64,000 bases of DNA from Abditibacteriaceae bacterium. GTDB taxonomy: Bacteria > Armatimonadota > Abditibacteriia > Abditibacteriales > Abditibacteriaceae. Under the pieces are notes generated by a model, which had not been told where the DNA came from, ran no database searches, and saw only the letters and a program-made list of their open reading frames with translations. Location of the stretch: contig OZ255721.1 in the NCBI GenBank assembly GCA_965277285.1, forward strand, positions 3,680,001 to 3,744,000, in the 5' to 3' direction. The first letter of the stretch is position 1; every line of letters starts with the position of its first letter. Positions 36,307 to 46,318 of this stretch are shown piece after piece. Both the position numbers and the translations under genes were made by a program.

Positions 36307-37836
36307 ATGCAGCCGCCTTTTTCGACTGATTCGCCTTTTCCTTCGACACCTTCCAATGCGTCTTTGTCGGATGCGCCACAACCTTCCGGTGATGAAACTT
36401 CACGCCCATTTTTCGCAACGCAGGACGCGACGGATAGAATTGCGCCCACTGCGACGCCAAACGCTTCCAGCGCCAGCGGTTTTCAAAGTGCGAACGAACA
36501 AAATTTAGCGCCTCGTGCGACATTGCCCGCCGTGCAATTTGAGCCAATTCGCATCGCGCCACCGCTTAATGCCGCGTCTTTAACGGCGCCGCCCATTGGT
36601 GAAAAAACGGCGGTTCCAGCGACAACGGTCAGCGCGCCACCTTGTTATTCGCCGCGCGCAGCATCGCCCGCTACGCCAACTGTTGTTCCGCCGCGCTCAA
36701 ACACGCTGGGATTTTTGCATACGTTGTTGTTGGGCGGCGTTCTGGCGTGCACTCTGGTTGGTTTGGGAACTTTGATCGGCGCGCGTCATGGTGGCGCTGC
36801 AGAGACTTCGAGTACTGGAATTGAGGAAAATGGTGGCGTTGCGACGGCGGATTTAGTGAACCAGAGCGCGATTGAAAGCGCGATTCAAAAAGTCGGGCCA
36901 GCCGTAATGAACGTGGACACGACTTTCGGCGGCAGCGGCAATAAAGAATTTTTGCCCGATCCCGGCACGTCCAGTCGCCCGATTCAAGGTAAAGGCACCG
37001 GCTTCGTCATTGATTCGGCCAAAGGCTTGATGCTGACCAACGCACACGTCGTCGCCGATGCGCAGAAAATTCAGGTCACAACGCGCGACGGACAAAAATA
37101 CACAGGTCGCATCGTCGGCGTGGATCGCCAATCGGACATCGCGGTTGTCGCCTTGTCCGCCAAGGGCTTGCCCGAAGTGAAACTGGCGCCGATGAAAAAT
37201 GCCAAAGACGTTCAAATTGGTCAATGGGCGATTGCCATTGGAAACCCTTTCGCGCAGGCGAATACAGTTACGGTCGGCGTGATTTCCGCCACAGGGCGCA
37301 CCATTCCGGTGCCGGACGAGAAAAACGGCGGCACTTTTCAACTGACCGATATGCTGCAAACCGATGCGGCGATTAATCCAGGCAACAGCGGCGGCCCTTT
37401 GTGCAACATCAAGGGCGAAGTTGTCGGCATCAACACGGCGATTTACGGCATCGGAACGGGTCTGGGTTTTTCGATTCCCATCAACAAAGCGTATGCCGTG
37501 GCGCAGGAAATCATCAAGCACGGCAGCGTGCAGCGCGCTTACGTCGGCTTGCAATTGCAGGCAATTACAGCCGCGACCAAGCAGGAATACGGTTTGAAAG
37601 ATATGCAGGGCGCGCTGGTGCAAGATGCCGTGACCGATTCGCCCGCCGCCAAAGCCGGCTTCCAGGCGGGCGACATCATTCGCAAAATCAACGGCCAAAA
37701 CATGACCAATACGGCGCAAGTCCAGGCGACGATTCAGCAGCAAAAAGTCGGCGCGACTGTCACAATCGAAATTTTACGCAACGGTACCACGCCTAAAACC
37801 CTGACCTTGAAAACCGCCGCGCAATCCGGCGCTTAA
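36307..37836 (+). CDS. htrA: HtrA/DegP-family serine protease with a PDZ domain
   Basis: TNAHVV, DIAVV, IGNPF, QTDAAINPGNSGGPL and SPAAKAG motifs. Confidence 0.92.
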   Translation: MQPPFSTDSPFPSTPSNASLSDAPQPSGDETSRPFFATQDATDRIAPTATPNASSASGFQSANEQNLAPRATLPAVQFEPIRIAPPLNAASLTAPPIGEKTAVPATTVSAPPCYSPRAASPATPTVVPPRSNTLGFLHTLLLGGVLACTLVGLGTLIGARHGGAAETSSTGIEENGGVATADLVNQSAIESAIQKVGPAVMNVDTTFGGSGNKEFLPDPGTSSRPIQGKGTGFVIDSAKGLMLTNAHVVADAQKIQVTTRDGQKYTGRIVGVDRQSDIAVVALSAKGLPEVKLAPMKNAKDVQIGQWAIAIGNPFAQANTVTVGVISATGRTIPVPDEKNGGTFQLTDMLQTDAAINPGNSGGPLCNIKGEVVGINTAIYGIGTGLGFSIPINKAYAVAQEIIKHGSVQRAYVGLQLQAITAATKQEYGLKDMQGALVQDAVTDSPAAKAGFQAGDIIRKINGQNMTNTAQVQATIQQQKVGATVTIEILRNGTTPKTLTLKTAAQSGA

Positions 37837-37908
37837 CGAACCCCAAGCGTCCTACGGGGCTGACATAACTGCCGCTACAGCCCAGCGTTTACGCTTGGGG
37901 TTCGTTAA
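37833..37908. repeat. REP-like doublet directly after the htrA stop
   Basis: TTAACGAACCCCAAGCGT / ACGCTTGGGGTTCGTTAA. Confidence 0.75.
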
Positions 37909-38016
37909 ATTGGCGCAACTTCGCTCATGCTCCGAACGCAAACCTTTCCGATGCCAGGCACGCGCGCTCGTGCTCACGTCGGTTCGACGGCGCGCCGCAT
38001 ACAGCGTTTGCAGGGA

Positions 38017-38529
38017 ATGCCAGTCGCCGAGCGCATTTTAGGCGTCGATCCCGGATTGCACATCACCGGCTACGGCGTGATTGAACTCGTGATGCGCAAT
38101 CGAGTACTCGAACCTCAACTCGTCGAAGGCGGAACCGTGCGCGCCCGCGACAGCGATCCGTTTCCGCTGCGCTTGCAAACTTTGTTCGATGGCTTGAGCG
38201 AAGTGCTGCGCGAACATAATCCCGATGTTGTGGTCATCGAAGAACTCTTTTCGACGTATGCGCATCCGCGCAGCGCCTTGTTAATGGCGCACGCGCGCGG
38301 CGTTCTGATGCTGGCGGCGCAACTGCAAAATGTTCCGGTTCACGGTTTTACGCCCAACGAAGTCAAGCAAGTCGTGACAGGAAACGGGCACGCCACCAAA
38401 TCGAACGTTCAGGCGGCTGTCAAAACGCGTTTGAAATTGAACGCCGCGCCGCATCCGCCGGACGTAGCTGACGCTTTAGCAATTGCGTTGTGCTTCGCCG
38501 CGCGCCAAAACCTCGATTCCAAATTGTGA
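38017..38529 (+). CDS. ruvC: Holliday junction resolvase RuvC
   Basis: ILGVDPGL..TGYG, IEELF, ARGV, VKQVVTGNGHATK and DVADALAIA motifs; ORF is open from 37927. Confidence 0.93.
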   Translation: MPVAERILGVDPGLHITGYGVIELVMRNRVLEPQLVEGGTVRARDSDPFPLRLQTLFDGLSEVLREHNPDVVVIEELFSTYAHPRSALLMAHARGVLMLAAQLQNVPVHGFTPNEVKQVVTGNGHATKSNVQAAVKTRLKLNAAPHPPDVADALAIALCFAARQNLDSKL

Positions 38530-38616
38530 AGTTCGAGTACTCGCTTCGCTTCGGGTTCGTTATGTGCGTTTTCTTGTGAATCTTTTCACGGAATCTGTTA
38601 AAGTTGCTGTAGTCTG

Positions 38617-39126
38617 ATGCGAAAACAGCGAGAACATCGTTTTGAAAGGCGCGTGACGAAGGTTCATCCCCTGTTGCGTTTGCTGGTTCTCGCCTTGATC
38701 TGGTTGCAGGTCGTCGCACCAATGTGGCACGTTTGCGCGCTGGGCGGCAATTCATGCGAACATTCCGCGACTTCTACTGCGACTTCTGCCGCGACCGCGA
38801 ACTTGAAAAACATCGCGGACGATGACGATGACGATCATTGTCACGATTCAAAGCTTTGCCGCTGTCCTGAACATCAACGTCTGGATGCGAGTAAGAATCA
38901 GGTTCAACAAAGCACTGGCGTCGCGTCGGTTTCTGCCGTTTCTGTCGACTGTGCGGTGACGTGTTTAGCGCGTTTGTTGTCAGTTACGCCGTCGCGTTTG
39001 TCGGCCTCGTTCACCTTTACGCCACTTTTCGCGCCGCGCACTTTCCTCGCGCCGCGCACTTTTTCCCTTCGTTCGGTTTCGTCTTTACCGCAGCCACCGG
39101 CGCGCGGCCCTCCACTTTTGGTTTGA
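38617..39126 (+). CDS. DUF2946-like Cys/His-rich protein ending in RGPP (candidate regulatory arrest ORF)
   Basis: Signal-like N-terminus; HVC, CEH, HCH, CRC and CAVTC clusters; C-terminal PQPPARGPPLLV. Confidence 0.6.
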   Translation: MRKQREHRFERRVTKVHPLLRLLVLALIWLQVVAPMWHVCALGGNSCEHSATSTATSAATANLKNIADDDDDDHCHDSKLCRCPEHQRLDASKNQVQQSTGVASVSAVSVDCAVTCLARLLSVTPSRLSASFTFTPLFAPRTFLAPRTFSLRSVSSLPQPPARGPPLLV

Positions 39127-39175
39127 TGTTTCGCCCTTATCGCAACCATCAAATTCAACAATTTGCGGAGATTTT

Positions 39176-39763
39176 ATGAAACGATTTTCTATCGTTCTTT
39201 CGGCGACGGCTTTTCTGGCTGTGGCGTCGGTTAGCAGTTTCGCGTCGCCATTCCAAAATGTGCAGCATCGTCATTCGAGTACTCGATTGGCGTCAAAACC
39301 CCAGGCGCCACAACTGTGGGCGCACAATCAACCACTTGTCAATTCGACGATTCTCATCGACAAATTCACGCTGGACAAAACCGGCTGGGTGATGTCGCAT
39401 TTGCAAGGCAAAAACGGTCAGCCTGGAACGATGGCGGGCGTGACTGGCCCGTTTGCGCCCGGAACCTATCGCAACGTGCGCATCAAACTCAATGGCCTCA
39501 TCAAAGCGGGCGATAAAGTGTGGCCGATGCTGCATTATGACAGCGGCTCCCAAAAAGGCGTTTTCGAGCCAACGCGGGATCATCACGTCGAAGTTAATGG
39601 CAAAGTCGTGACGCGTCAGATCACGATTACAGCGATCAAAGGCACGCCTCCCAAAGCGGGCGCGCTGATGACGATGCCGCCGCGCGACATGATGAGCGAT
39701 ATGCCAATGAGCGGCATGACGATGAACCATTCCAGGCCGAACAAAGCGGCTGCATCGCGCTGA
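39176..39763 (+). CDS. Secreted protein with a Met-rich C-terminal tail
   Basis: Signal peptide; GWVMSH...GTYRNVRI...PMLHYD; tail MTMPPRDMMSDMPMSGMTMNH; GGAG RBS. Confidence 0.6.
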   Translation: MKRFSIVLSATAFLAVASVSSFASPFQNVQHRHSSTRLASKPQAPQLWAHNQPLVNSTILIDKFTLDKTGWVMSHLQGKNGQPGTMAGVTGPFAPGTYRNVRIKLNGLIKAGDKVWPMLHYDSGSQKGVFEPTRDHHVEVNGKVVTRQITITAIKGTPPKAGALMTMPPRDMMSDMPMSGMTMNHSRPNKAAASR

Positions 39764-39848
39764 ACCTTGAAAATAAGGCGAGACGCGCCGTTTCATCGCA
39801 ATCGAGTACTCGATGTGATGAGGCGGCGCGTCTTGTGGAGGAATTCAA

Positions 39849-40763
39849 ATGAAGAAGATTTTACTCGTCGCATTGCTGTGCGGCCTGAGCCTGGTTTTTG
39901 CCCCATCGCGCGTTTGGGCGTGCGCGTGCGGCTGCGGCGTTTTCGATGTGGGAACGGGTTCGATGTTCCCAACCGGCGCCGGCACGACGGTTTACTTCGA
40001 TTACGATTACTTGAACCAAACGCGCAACTGGAGCGGTTCGTCGTCGGCGCCCGCGGCCAACAACGATGACAAACAAATCCGCACCGATTTTTTCAGCCTG
40101 GGCGTGCAGCACATGTTCAACCGAAAAAACGGTTTCATGCTGGAAGTGCCATATTGGAACCGCCAATTCAAGACCGCCGACTCGGGCACAGTCGAAACGT
40201 TCAACCACTCGAGTTTGGGCGACATTCGCCTCAAAGGCATTTACACCGGCTTTTCGCCCGATATGTCCAGCGGCCTGACTTATGGCGTCAAACTGCCAAC
40301 CGGCGATTCCAAATACGCGGGTTTCGATTCCGACACAGAAATCGGAACTGGCAGCACAGATTTGCTTTTGGGCGGTTATCACAACGCGAAGTTTGCCAAC
40401 AGCAATTGGGGCTGGTTCGTCAATGGCGAACTGGAGCAACCAGTTGCGCACAAAAACGGCTACAATCCGGGCGCCGAAATCAACGCGGTCGCGGGCGCTT
40501 ACTATCATCAGTGGAACGTCGGTAAAACGCCGGTCGTGCCGTTGCTGCAAATTATCGGCTCGGTTCGCGGCAAAGATAGCGGTGCTTTGAGCAACGCTTC
40601 CGACAGCGGTTATCAACGTGTTTTGTTCGCGCCCGGCCTGGAAGTCCATCTGGCGGGCGCGCGTATTTTCGCCGAAGTCGGCTTGCCGATTTATCAGCAC
40701 GTCAACGGCAATCAATTGACGGCGAAAACTTTGTTCAAAGTCACCGTCAGTCACGATTTTTGA
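39849..40763 (+). CDS. Outer-membrane beta-barrel 'transporter' with an N-terminal CACGC motif
   Basis: Signal peptide then ACACGCG; GDIRL, GVKLPTG and GTGSTD motifs; C-terminal Phe; GGAGG RBS. Confidence 0.7.
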   Translation: MKKILLVALLCGLSLVFAPSRVWACACGCGVFDVGTGSMFPTGAGTTVYFDYDYLNQTRNWSGSSSAPAANNDDKQIRTDFFSLGVQHMFNRKNGFMLEVPYWNRQFKTADSGTVETFNHSSLGDIRLKGIYTGFSPDMSSGLTYGVKLPTGDSKYAGFDSDTEIGTGSTDLLLGGYHNAKFANSNWGWFVNGELEQPVAHKNGYNPGAEINAVAGAYYHQWNVGKTPVVPLLQIIGSVRGKDSGALSNASDSGYQRVLFAPGLEVHLAGARIFAEVGLPIYQHVNGNQLTAKTLFKVTVSHDF

Positions 40764-40801
40764 GAATCTGTTTGAAAAGTCTGCAATGTGTGAAGAAGTG
40801 G

Positions 40802-40903
40802 TAGTTTGTCATTCTGACGGGCGCCCTCTGGGCAGTGCGAAGAATCTAACTGAACATAGATTCTTCGCACTGCCCAGAGGGCGCCCGTCAGAATGACAAA
40901 CTA
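40802..40903. repeat. Long perfect inverted repeat, GTCATTCTGA...GAAGAATCT family
   Basis: TAGTTTGTCATTCTGACGGGCGCCCTCTGGGCAGTGCGAAGAATCTA and its reverse complement; a half copy lies near 908-926. Confidence 0.85.
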
Positions 40904-41002
40904 TGAGTTTCAGGGCGTTTCTCGGACTTTGTGAACTCTTTTTCAGAACGAAGTCCGTGTCCTACTTCTTTCTCGAACACACTTTTCGTTGGAGGAACAT
41001 TT

Positions 41003-41515
41003 ATGCGCAAATTCTGGATGGTTTTGGCCGCGTGCGTCCTGCTTTCGAGTACTCGAAAAGCTGTTTTGGCTTCCGCGAAAGTAGGAAACGCGGCGCCCTC
41101 ACTTGTCGCGCGCGAATTGGACGGCAGCACGTTCGATTTGAGCGCGTTCAAAGGCAAAGTCGTGATTGTGAACTTTTGGGCGACGTGGTGTCCGCCATGT
41201 CGTGCGGAAATGCCCGCACTTTCGGCGTTTTATGCGAAATATCACGCGCAAGGTTTGGCAATGATCGCTCTGAGCGCCGACCGCAGGCAAGATCGCGGCG
41301 ACGTGAAAAAAGTGATGCGTAACTTCACCTTTCCTGCTGCGATGCTGACTGAGGCCAAAACCAACAACTTCGGCGATCCCGACAGTTTGCCGACCACTTA
41401 CGTCATTGATGCGGCGGGAAAAGTGCGCGCCGTTTTCAGCGGCAAAACAACGGTGACAACGCAAAGTTTGAACGAAGTCGTTTTGCCTTTGCTACCGCAA
41501 TCGTCAGTAAAGTAA
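41003..41515 (+). CDS. TlpA/ResA-family thiol-disulfide oxidoreductase
   Basis: GKVVIVNFWATWCPPCRAEMP and LPTTYVID motifs; GGAGG RBS. Confidence 0.92.
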   Translation: MRKFWMVLAACVLLSSTRKAVLASAKVGNAAPSLVARELDGSTFDLSAFKGKVVIVNFWATWCPPCRAEMPALSAFYAKYHAQGLAMIALSADRRQDRGDVKKVMRNFTFPAAMLTEAKTNNFGDPDSLPTTYVIDAAGKVRAVFSGKTTVTTQSLNEVVLPLLPQSSVK

Positions 41516-41626
41516 AATTCGCCTTCAGCGGAGCCGCGCCAAAATCCCGAGTAAGGACTTTGGCGCGTCTGCTTTTCGAGTACTCGATGTCGGTAAACAA
41601 CTTCCTAAAACGATAAACTTCAAAGC

Positions 41627-43048
41627 GTGACTTCCCGCGACATCGCCCCGCAAAATCTCATTGTTCCCGCGTTTTCTGCCGACGAAGAAGACGAAGCGCG
41701 CCCGATTTCGGCGCTTCATGCCTTTGGCGCGCAGCCTCAATTCGACCGTCACGCGCGGCTGGAAGGCAAAAGCGATACGCGCCGTCGTCGCAAACTCAAA
41801 GAAATCGCCAAAACTTTGCCGCGTTCGCCTGGCGTTTATTTCTTTTACGGCATCAACAATCGCTTGCTTTACATCGGCAAAGCCAAGTGTTTGCGCGAAC
41901 GCGTCGGCTCATACTTCGGCGAAACTTCTTTGCGACGCCCGCCCAAGTTGCGTCGTTTATTGGCTGAAATCAAGCGTTTGGAACACGAAGAATGCGGCAG
42001 CGAATTGGAAGCCCTTTTGGTTGAACGCCGCCTCATCGCCGAACGCTTGCCGATTTTAAATCGCCAACATAAACGTTTCAAGGTTTATCCGTATTTGTTG
42101 TTGTCGCGCGAAACCTTTCCGCGATTGACTCTCACGCGCGCCGAACCAATGGAAGGCGAGCGCGCCGACGACTTTTCTTTTATGTCACCGCAATCGCGTT
42201 CGACATCGTTGCCGCTGGAAAACGCGCCGCACGCTGGTGAACTTCCCGGACTTTATCTTGGCCCGTTTACTTCGCCGCGCTCGGCGTTCTGGACGTTTGA
42301 AGCTGTCCGCAACTTGTTTCCGCTGCGCTCGTGCGAAGGCGCCATTATGCCGGACGAAAAGGCGCGCAGTTGCTTTTATCACGAGATTAAACGTTGTCTA
42401 GGGCCGTGCGTTGGCGCCGTAGAGACCATCGAGTACTCGAAAGTCTGCGCCGATTTAGTTGCGCTCTTGCAAACTGGCAACGCGCCGCAATTAGACGCGA
42501 TGCGCGCGCGAATGCAACAGTTTTCCGACGACTGGCGCTTTGAAGAAGCCGCGCAACTCAAAGAACAATTGCAGGCGATTGAAGCCGTCGCCAAACGTTT
42601 GCAACGCTTGCAACGAATGCGCGAAAAGAACAACGTCGTGATCGTGCAAAACGCGCGCAACGTTGCGGAACCGGAAAATGCGACTGGAACAAATCCGGAT
42701 TCTGTCAGGTCGAACGCTGCATCGAGTACGCGAAATGCCAGCGTTTTCTTAATTCAAGGCGGCGTGGTGCGGCGTCATATCGTTGTGCGCAATTGGAATC
42801 AGGACGAGAAAATCTTGCGCCGCGCGATTGCAGATATTTACGACAATCCGCCGCCGGTCGCCGATTACACCGCGAAAACTGAACTCGACGAAATGATGAT
42901 TTTGGATCGCTGGCTCAAAAGCAATGGCGAAAGTTCGTGCTGCATTTGGATGAACGCCAAAACGTCGCGGCAGTGGACAAGCAACGTTTTGCGCGGCGTG
43001 CAACGTTGGATGAATGCGGACAACGCAAGGGAAAACGATGAACAATAA
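41627..43048 (+). CDS. UvrC/Cho-like GIY-YIG nuclease with a UVR domain
   Basis: LPRSPGVYFF, LYIGKAK.LRERV.SYF, ELEALL.E, Cys cluster and FEEAAQLKEQ; no RNase H or HhH C-terminus evident. Confidence 0.85.
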   Translation: MTSRDIAPQNLIVPAFSADEEDEARPISALHAFGAQPQFDRHARLEGKSDTRRRRKLKEIAKTLPRSPGVYFFYGINNRLLYIGKAKCLRERVGSYFGETSLRRPPKLRRLLAEIKRLEHEECGSELEALLVERRLIAERLPILNRQHKRFKVYPYLLLSRETFPRLTLTRAEPMEGERADDFSFMSPQSRSTSLPLENAPHAGELPGLYLGPFTSPRSAFWTFEAVRNLFPLRSCEGAIMPDEKARSCFYHEIKRCLGPCVGAVETIEYSKVCADLVALLQTGNAPQLDAMRARMQQFSDDWRFEEAAQLKEQLQAIEAVAKRLQRLQRMREKNNVVIVQNARNVAEPENATGTNPDSVRSNAASSTRNASVFLIQGGVVRRHIVVRNWNQDEKILRRAIADIYDNPPPVADYTAKTELDEMMILDRWLKSNGESSCCIWMNAKTSRQWTSNVLRGVQRWMNADNARENDEQ

Positions 43049-44336
43049 CAGCAGGAAAATCGGGATTGTTGTGAGTGCGTTGTGTGCGACTGTTGGTTTG
43101 AGCTTTTGTAAAAACGGCGTGGCGCAGAACAATGCGAGCGCGCCGCGAAACACTATGAACACTTCACATGCGGAAACGGTTTGGACGCCGACAAACGAAG
43201 ATCGCCAAGTGGGCGATGCGATGAACGGCTTTGGTTTCCGCGTTTTGCAAAAGTTGGACGCACAAAAAGCGTCCGGCGCGAACGTGCTGTTTTCGCCTCT
43301 CAGCATTTCGACGGCGTTGACTTTGGTCGAGCAGGGCGCCGCGGGTCAAACACGAAGCGAAATGGAAAAGTTGCTGCAACCCGCCGGTCTTTCCGCGCAA
43401 AATGTTCTGGCTTCGACAGTGGCTTTGACGCGTGGCTGGCAAACGGCGGACAGCAAAGTTCAGGTCGACATCGCCAATTCGTTGTGGATGGATCGCAAAT
43501 TCACGCTCAAATCCGCGTTTGCTGATGCCGCGCAGAAGAATTTTGATGCGCAAATTTCTGGACTTGACTTCTCATCGCCTTCTGCCGCAAAAACCATCAA
43601 CGATTGGATTAGCGGCAAGACCGAAGGCAAAATTACCGCGATGGTTTCGCCCGACGCTTTGCGCGCGGCGATGTTGGTCGTCGCCAACGCGGTTTATTTC
43701 CACGGCGATTGGAGCACGGCTTTCGACAAGAAAAACACGCGCGACGCCGACTTTCATTTGACTGCCGACAAAACAATCCGCGTCCCGATGATGTCGCTGC
43801 CCGCCGTGAAAAAGTATTCGTATGCGAAAACAAGCGATGCGGCGCTGCTCGCTTTACCTTACGGAAAAGGCAACTTGAGCATGGTTTTTCTCTTGCCCGA
43901 TCAAGGCGTGCCGCTTTCGCAAATTGTGGCGCGCTGCGACAACGCGCAATGGAAAACGTGGATGACGATGATGAAAGCGCAGGACGGGATTATTAAAATC
44001 CCGCGTTTTACGTTGAAAGACGATTTTATTTTGAATAAAATGTTGCAGCAGTTGGGGCTGAAGACGGCTTTTTCAAGGAACGCTAATTTTTCCGCGATGA
44101 CTTTGGTGCCGGGCGTCTTCATCAGCCAGGTCAAACACCAAGCGTGGATGCAAGTGGATGAAATTGGAACCGAAGCCGCCGCTGTCACAACCATAAGGAT
44201 GAGATCGAGCGCCATTTTAATACCCGAAAATCCGCCCTTTCAATTCATCGCCGACCGCCCGTTTCTGGCGGCGATTCGGGATAATCGCAGCGGCAATTTG
44301 CTGTTTGTGGCCGAAGTCAATCAACCGACTTCGTGA
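43038..44336 (+). CDS. Secreted serpin (serine protease inhibitor)
   Basis: NVLFSPLSI, INDWIS.KTEGKI, NAVYFHGDW, VPMM, DEIGTEAAAVT and F.ADRPFL motifs. Confidence 0.93.
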   Translation: MNNNSRKIGIVVSALCATVGLSFCKNGVAQNNASAPRNTMNTSHAETVWTPTNEDRQVGDAMNGFGFRVLQKLDAQKASGANVLFSPLSISTALTLVEQGAAGQTRSEMEKLLQPAGLSAQNVLASTVALTRGWQTADSKVQVDIANSLWMDRKFTLKSAFADAAQKNFDAQISGLDFSSPSAAKTINDWISGKTEGKITAMVSPDALRAAMLVVANAVYFHGDWSTAFDKKNTRDADFHLTADKTIRVPMMSLPAVKKYSYAKTSDAALLALPYGKGNLSMVFLLPDQGVPLSQIVARCDNAQWKTWMTMMKAQDGIIKIPRFTLKDDFILNKMLQQLGLKTAFSRNANFSAMTLVPGVFISQVKHQAWMQVDEIGTEAAAVTTIRMRSSAILIPENPPFQFIADRPFLAAIRDNRSGNLLFVAEVNQPTS

Positions 44337-44381
44337 AACAATTATCGAGTACTCGAACTGGCGCGAAAGTTATTCAGAAAC

Positions 44382-45335
44382 TTACTCAATTGGTTTGAGA
44401 TTCGCTTCAATAGCGGCGCGTTGTGACTCAAGAAACGGCGGCAACGCGACTTTTTCGCCCAATGTCGCGGCATCTTCATCGACGGCGAAACCTGGTCCGT
44501 CGGTGGCGATTTCAAACAAAATGTCGTTCGGTTCGCGGAAATACAAGCTGCGGAAATAATAACGATCCACTTCGCCGCTGCTGCGAATGCCCAGACTTTG
44601 CAAACGCTCGTTCCACGCGTGATATTGGTCGTCATTGGGCGTGCGAAAAGCGATGTGATGCACGCCGCCCGCGCCCAATCGCGCCAAAGGCAAACCTGGC
44701 TGAACAGCGACATGAAGTTCAGCGGACGCGCCAGCTTCGCCCATTTCGTAGACGTGAATCGTGTGACTGGCGTTGTCAGGATGCGCATATTCGCGCGCGT
44801 GCCGCATTTCGAGTACTCGAACCAGCACGGTATCGGTCGGCTTGAGGTCGGGAACGCTCATCACGACTGGGCCCAGACCGCGAATTTGATGTTCCGCAGG
44901 AACCGGACTTTTGTCCCACGTCTTGCCGCTTTCACTGACGCCGCCGTCGTCCATGAGCGACAATCGCTGGCCTTCGCGGTCTTCAAAATCAAGTGTTAAA
45001 CGATTGTCGCGCTCCACAATGTCATGCGCCTGCACGCCTTGTTCCGCAAAACGCTGCTTCCACCAATCAAGTGTTTCGCGCCCTCGAACGCGCAAACTGG
45101 TGCGCGTCAGGCTGTGCGCGCCGCGTTTTTCGCGTGGCATTGCCCAATCGAAAAACGTCAAATCGGTGCCAGGACTGCCCAGCGCATCGGCGTAGAAAAG
45201 GTGATACGCGCTTACATCGTCCTGATTGACGCTGCGCTTGACCAGGCGCATTCCCAAGGTTTGCGTATAGAAGCGATAGTTTTCGCGCACGTCCGCCGTC
45301 ACCGCAGTCACATGATGAATTCCCGTCAATTGCAT
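44382..45335 (-). CDS. Ring-cleaving dioxygenase (VOC/glyoxalase, MhqO-like)
   Basis: [46 protein letters not shown] and EIATDGPGF motifs. Confidence 0.92.
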   Translation of the reverse strand: MQLTGIHHVTAVTADVRENYRFYTQTLGMRLVKRSVNQDDVSAYHLFYADALGSPGTDLTFFDWAMPREKRGAHSLTRTSLRVRGRETLDWWKQRFAEQGVQAHDIVERDNRLTLDFEDREGQRLSLMDDGGVSESGKTWDKSPVPAEHQIRGLGPVVMSVPDLKPTDTVLVRVLEMRHAREYAHPDNASHTIHVYEMGEAGASAELHVAVQPGLPLARLGAGGVHHIAFRTPNDDQYHAWNERLQSLGIRSSGEVDRYYFRSLYFREPNDILFEIATDGPGFAVDEDAATLGEKVALPPFLESQRAAIEANLKPIE

Positions 45336-45431
45336 GATAATTCTCCGCTGTGCTTTGTTAAACAAGGTCGCTGCTGATTGATGATGCCCGAGGTTGAACG
45401 AATGGGCTACAATCGGTTGCAACTTTCCCCG

Positions 45432-46154
45432 TCAGCTTTTCACCGCGCCAAAGGCCGCGAAAACCGAGTTCTTATGTAGAACTTCGACTTGCGTAAATCC
45501 GACCTGGCGTAGCAAATCAATCTGCCACAACAACGGACGCGGCGTGTCTTCTTTTTCGATGTACGCGAAAACCTGTTCGCGGTATTCATCGTTTTTCAGT
45601 TCGCGCAAATAATCTCCGTAACGCGTCCACATCATTGCATGAAGCGCAGGAACGGAATGCGTCACCAAATCGGAAATCCACAAACTGCCGCCCGGTTTGA
45701 GTACTCGATGAAACTTGGCGAAGACTTCGCGCCATTCGCTTTCTTCGCGCAGATGATGCAAAACCGCCGCTGCCGTGATGATGTCGAAATGGTCGTCTTC
45801 CAATTCGAGTGCGCGAATATCGCTTTGATGCGTGACGATTTTACCGCGCGTTTTCTCGCGTAAACGCTGCATCGCGCGATCCAGCATCGGGCGCGAAAGG
45901 TCAACTAAATCGAAACTTAAGTCGGGAAAGTGTTCCAGCAGTTTCATGCTGTAATTGCCCGCGCCACAGCCGACATCGAGTACTCGAAGCGCGTTTGGCG
46001 TCGTCGCTTTGGCGGCTTGCACGATCAAATCGAGCACCAGCGGCGCGTCCATTGTCGCACTTTGTCCAGTTTCCAGATTAGAAAAACGCTCGACATCATT
46101 GTCGAAACGCTGCCGTATTTCTTCGATAGTGGATTTTTGCTTCATGGTGTTCAT
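45432..46154 (-). CDS. Class I SAM-dependent methyltransferase (CmoA-like)
   Basis: RVLDVGCGAG, VDLSRPML, VLHHL and LKPGG motifs. Confidence 0.88.
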   Translation of the reverse strand: MNTMKQKSTIEEIRQRFDNDVERFSNLETGQSATMDAPLVLDLIVQAAKATTPNALRVLDVGCGAGNYSMKLLEHFPDLSFDLVDLSRPMLDRAMQRLREKTRGKIVTHQSDIRALELEDDHFDIITAAAVLHHLREESEWREVFAKFHRVLKPGGSLWISDLVTHSVPALHAMMWTRYGDYLRELKNDEYREQVFAYIEKEDTPRPLLWQIDLLRQVGFTQVEVLHKNSVFAAFGAVKS

Positions 46155-46168
46155 GATCCTGTAACCAA

Positions 46169-46318
46169 TGGTGCGGGTCTACCATAGGCCTGCGAATAAA
46201 CTCGCAGGCCTATGGTAGACCCGCACCACTCATTTAACAATGAACCCGAAGCGTAAGCGACGGGCTGAAGTAACTGCTACACCAGCCCGTCGCTTACGCT
46301 CCGGGTTCGTTGTTAAAT
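46169..46318. repeat. Two adjacent inverted repeats (46169-46228 and 46232-46318)
   Basis: Perfect 27-bp arms TGGTGCGGGTCTACCATAGGCCTGCGA, followed by a GAACCCGAAGCGTAAGCGACGGG-family doublet. Confidence 0.8.

Noticed and set aside
45432..46154. Methyltransferase as the DNA methylase for the palindrome
   Set aside because: It lacks DPPY/NPPY/SPPY or PCQ catalytic motifs and looks like a small-molecule or tRNA class I enzyme.
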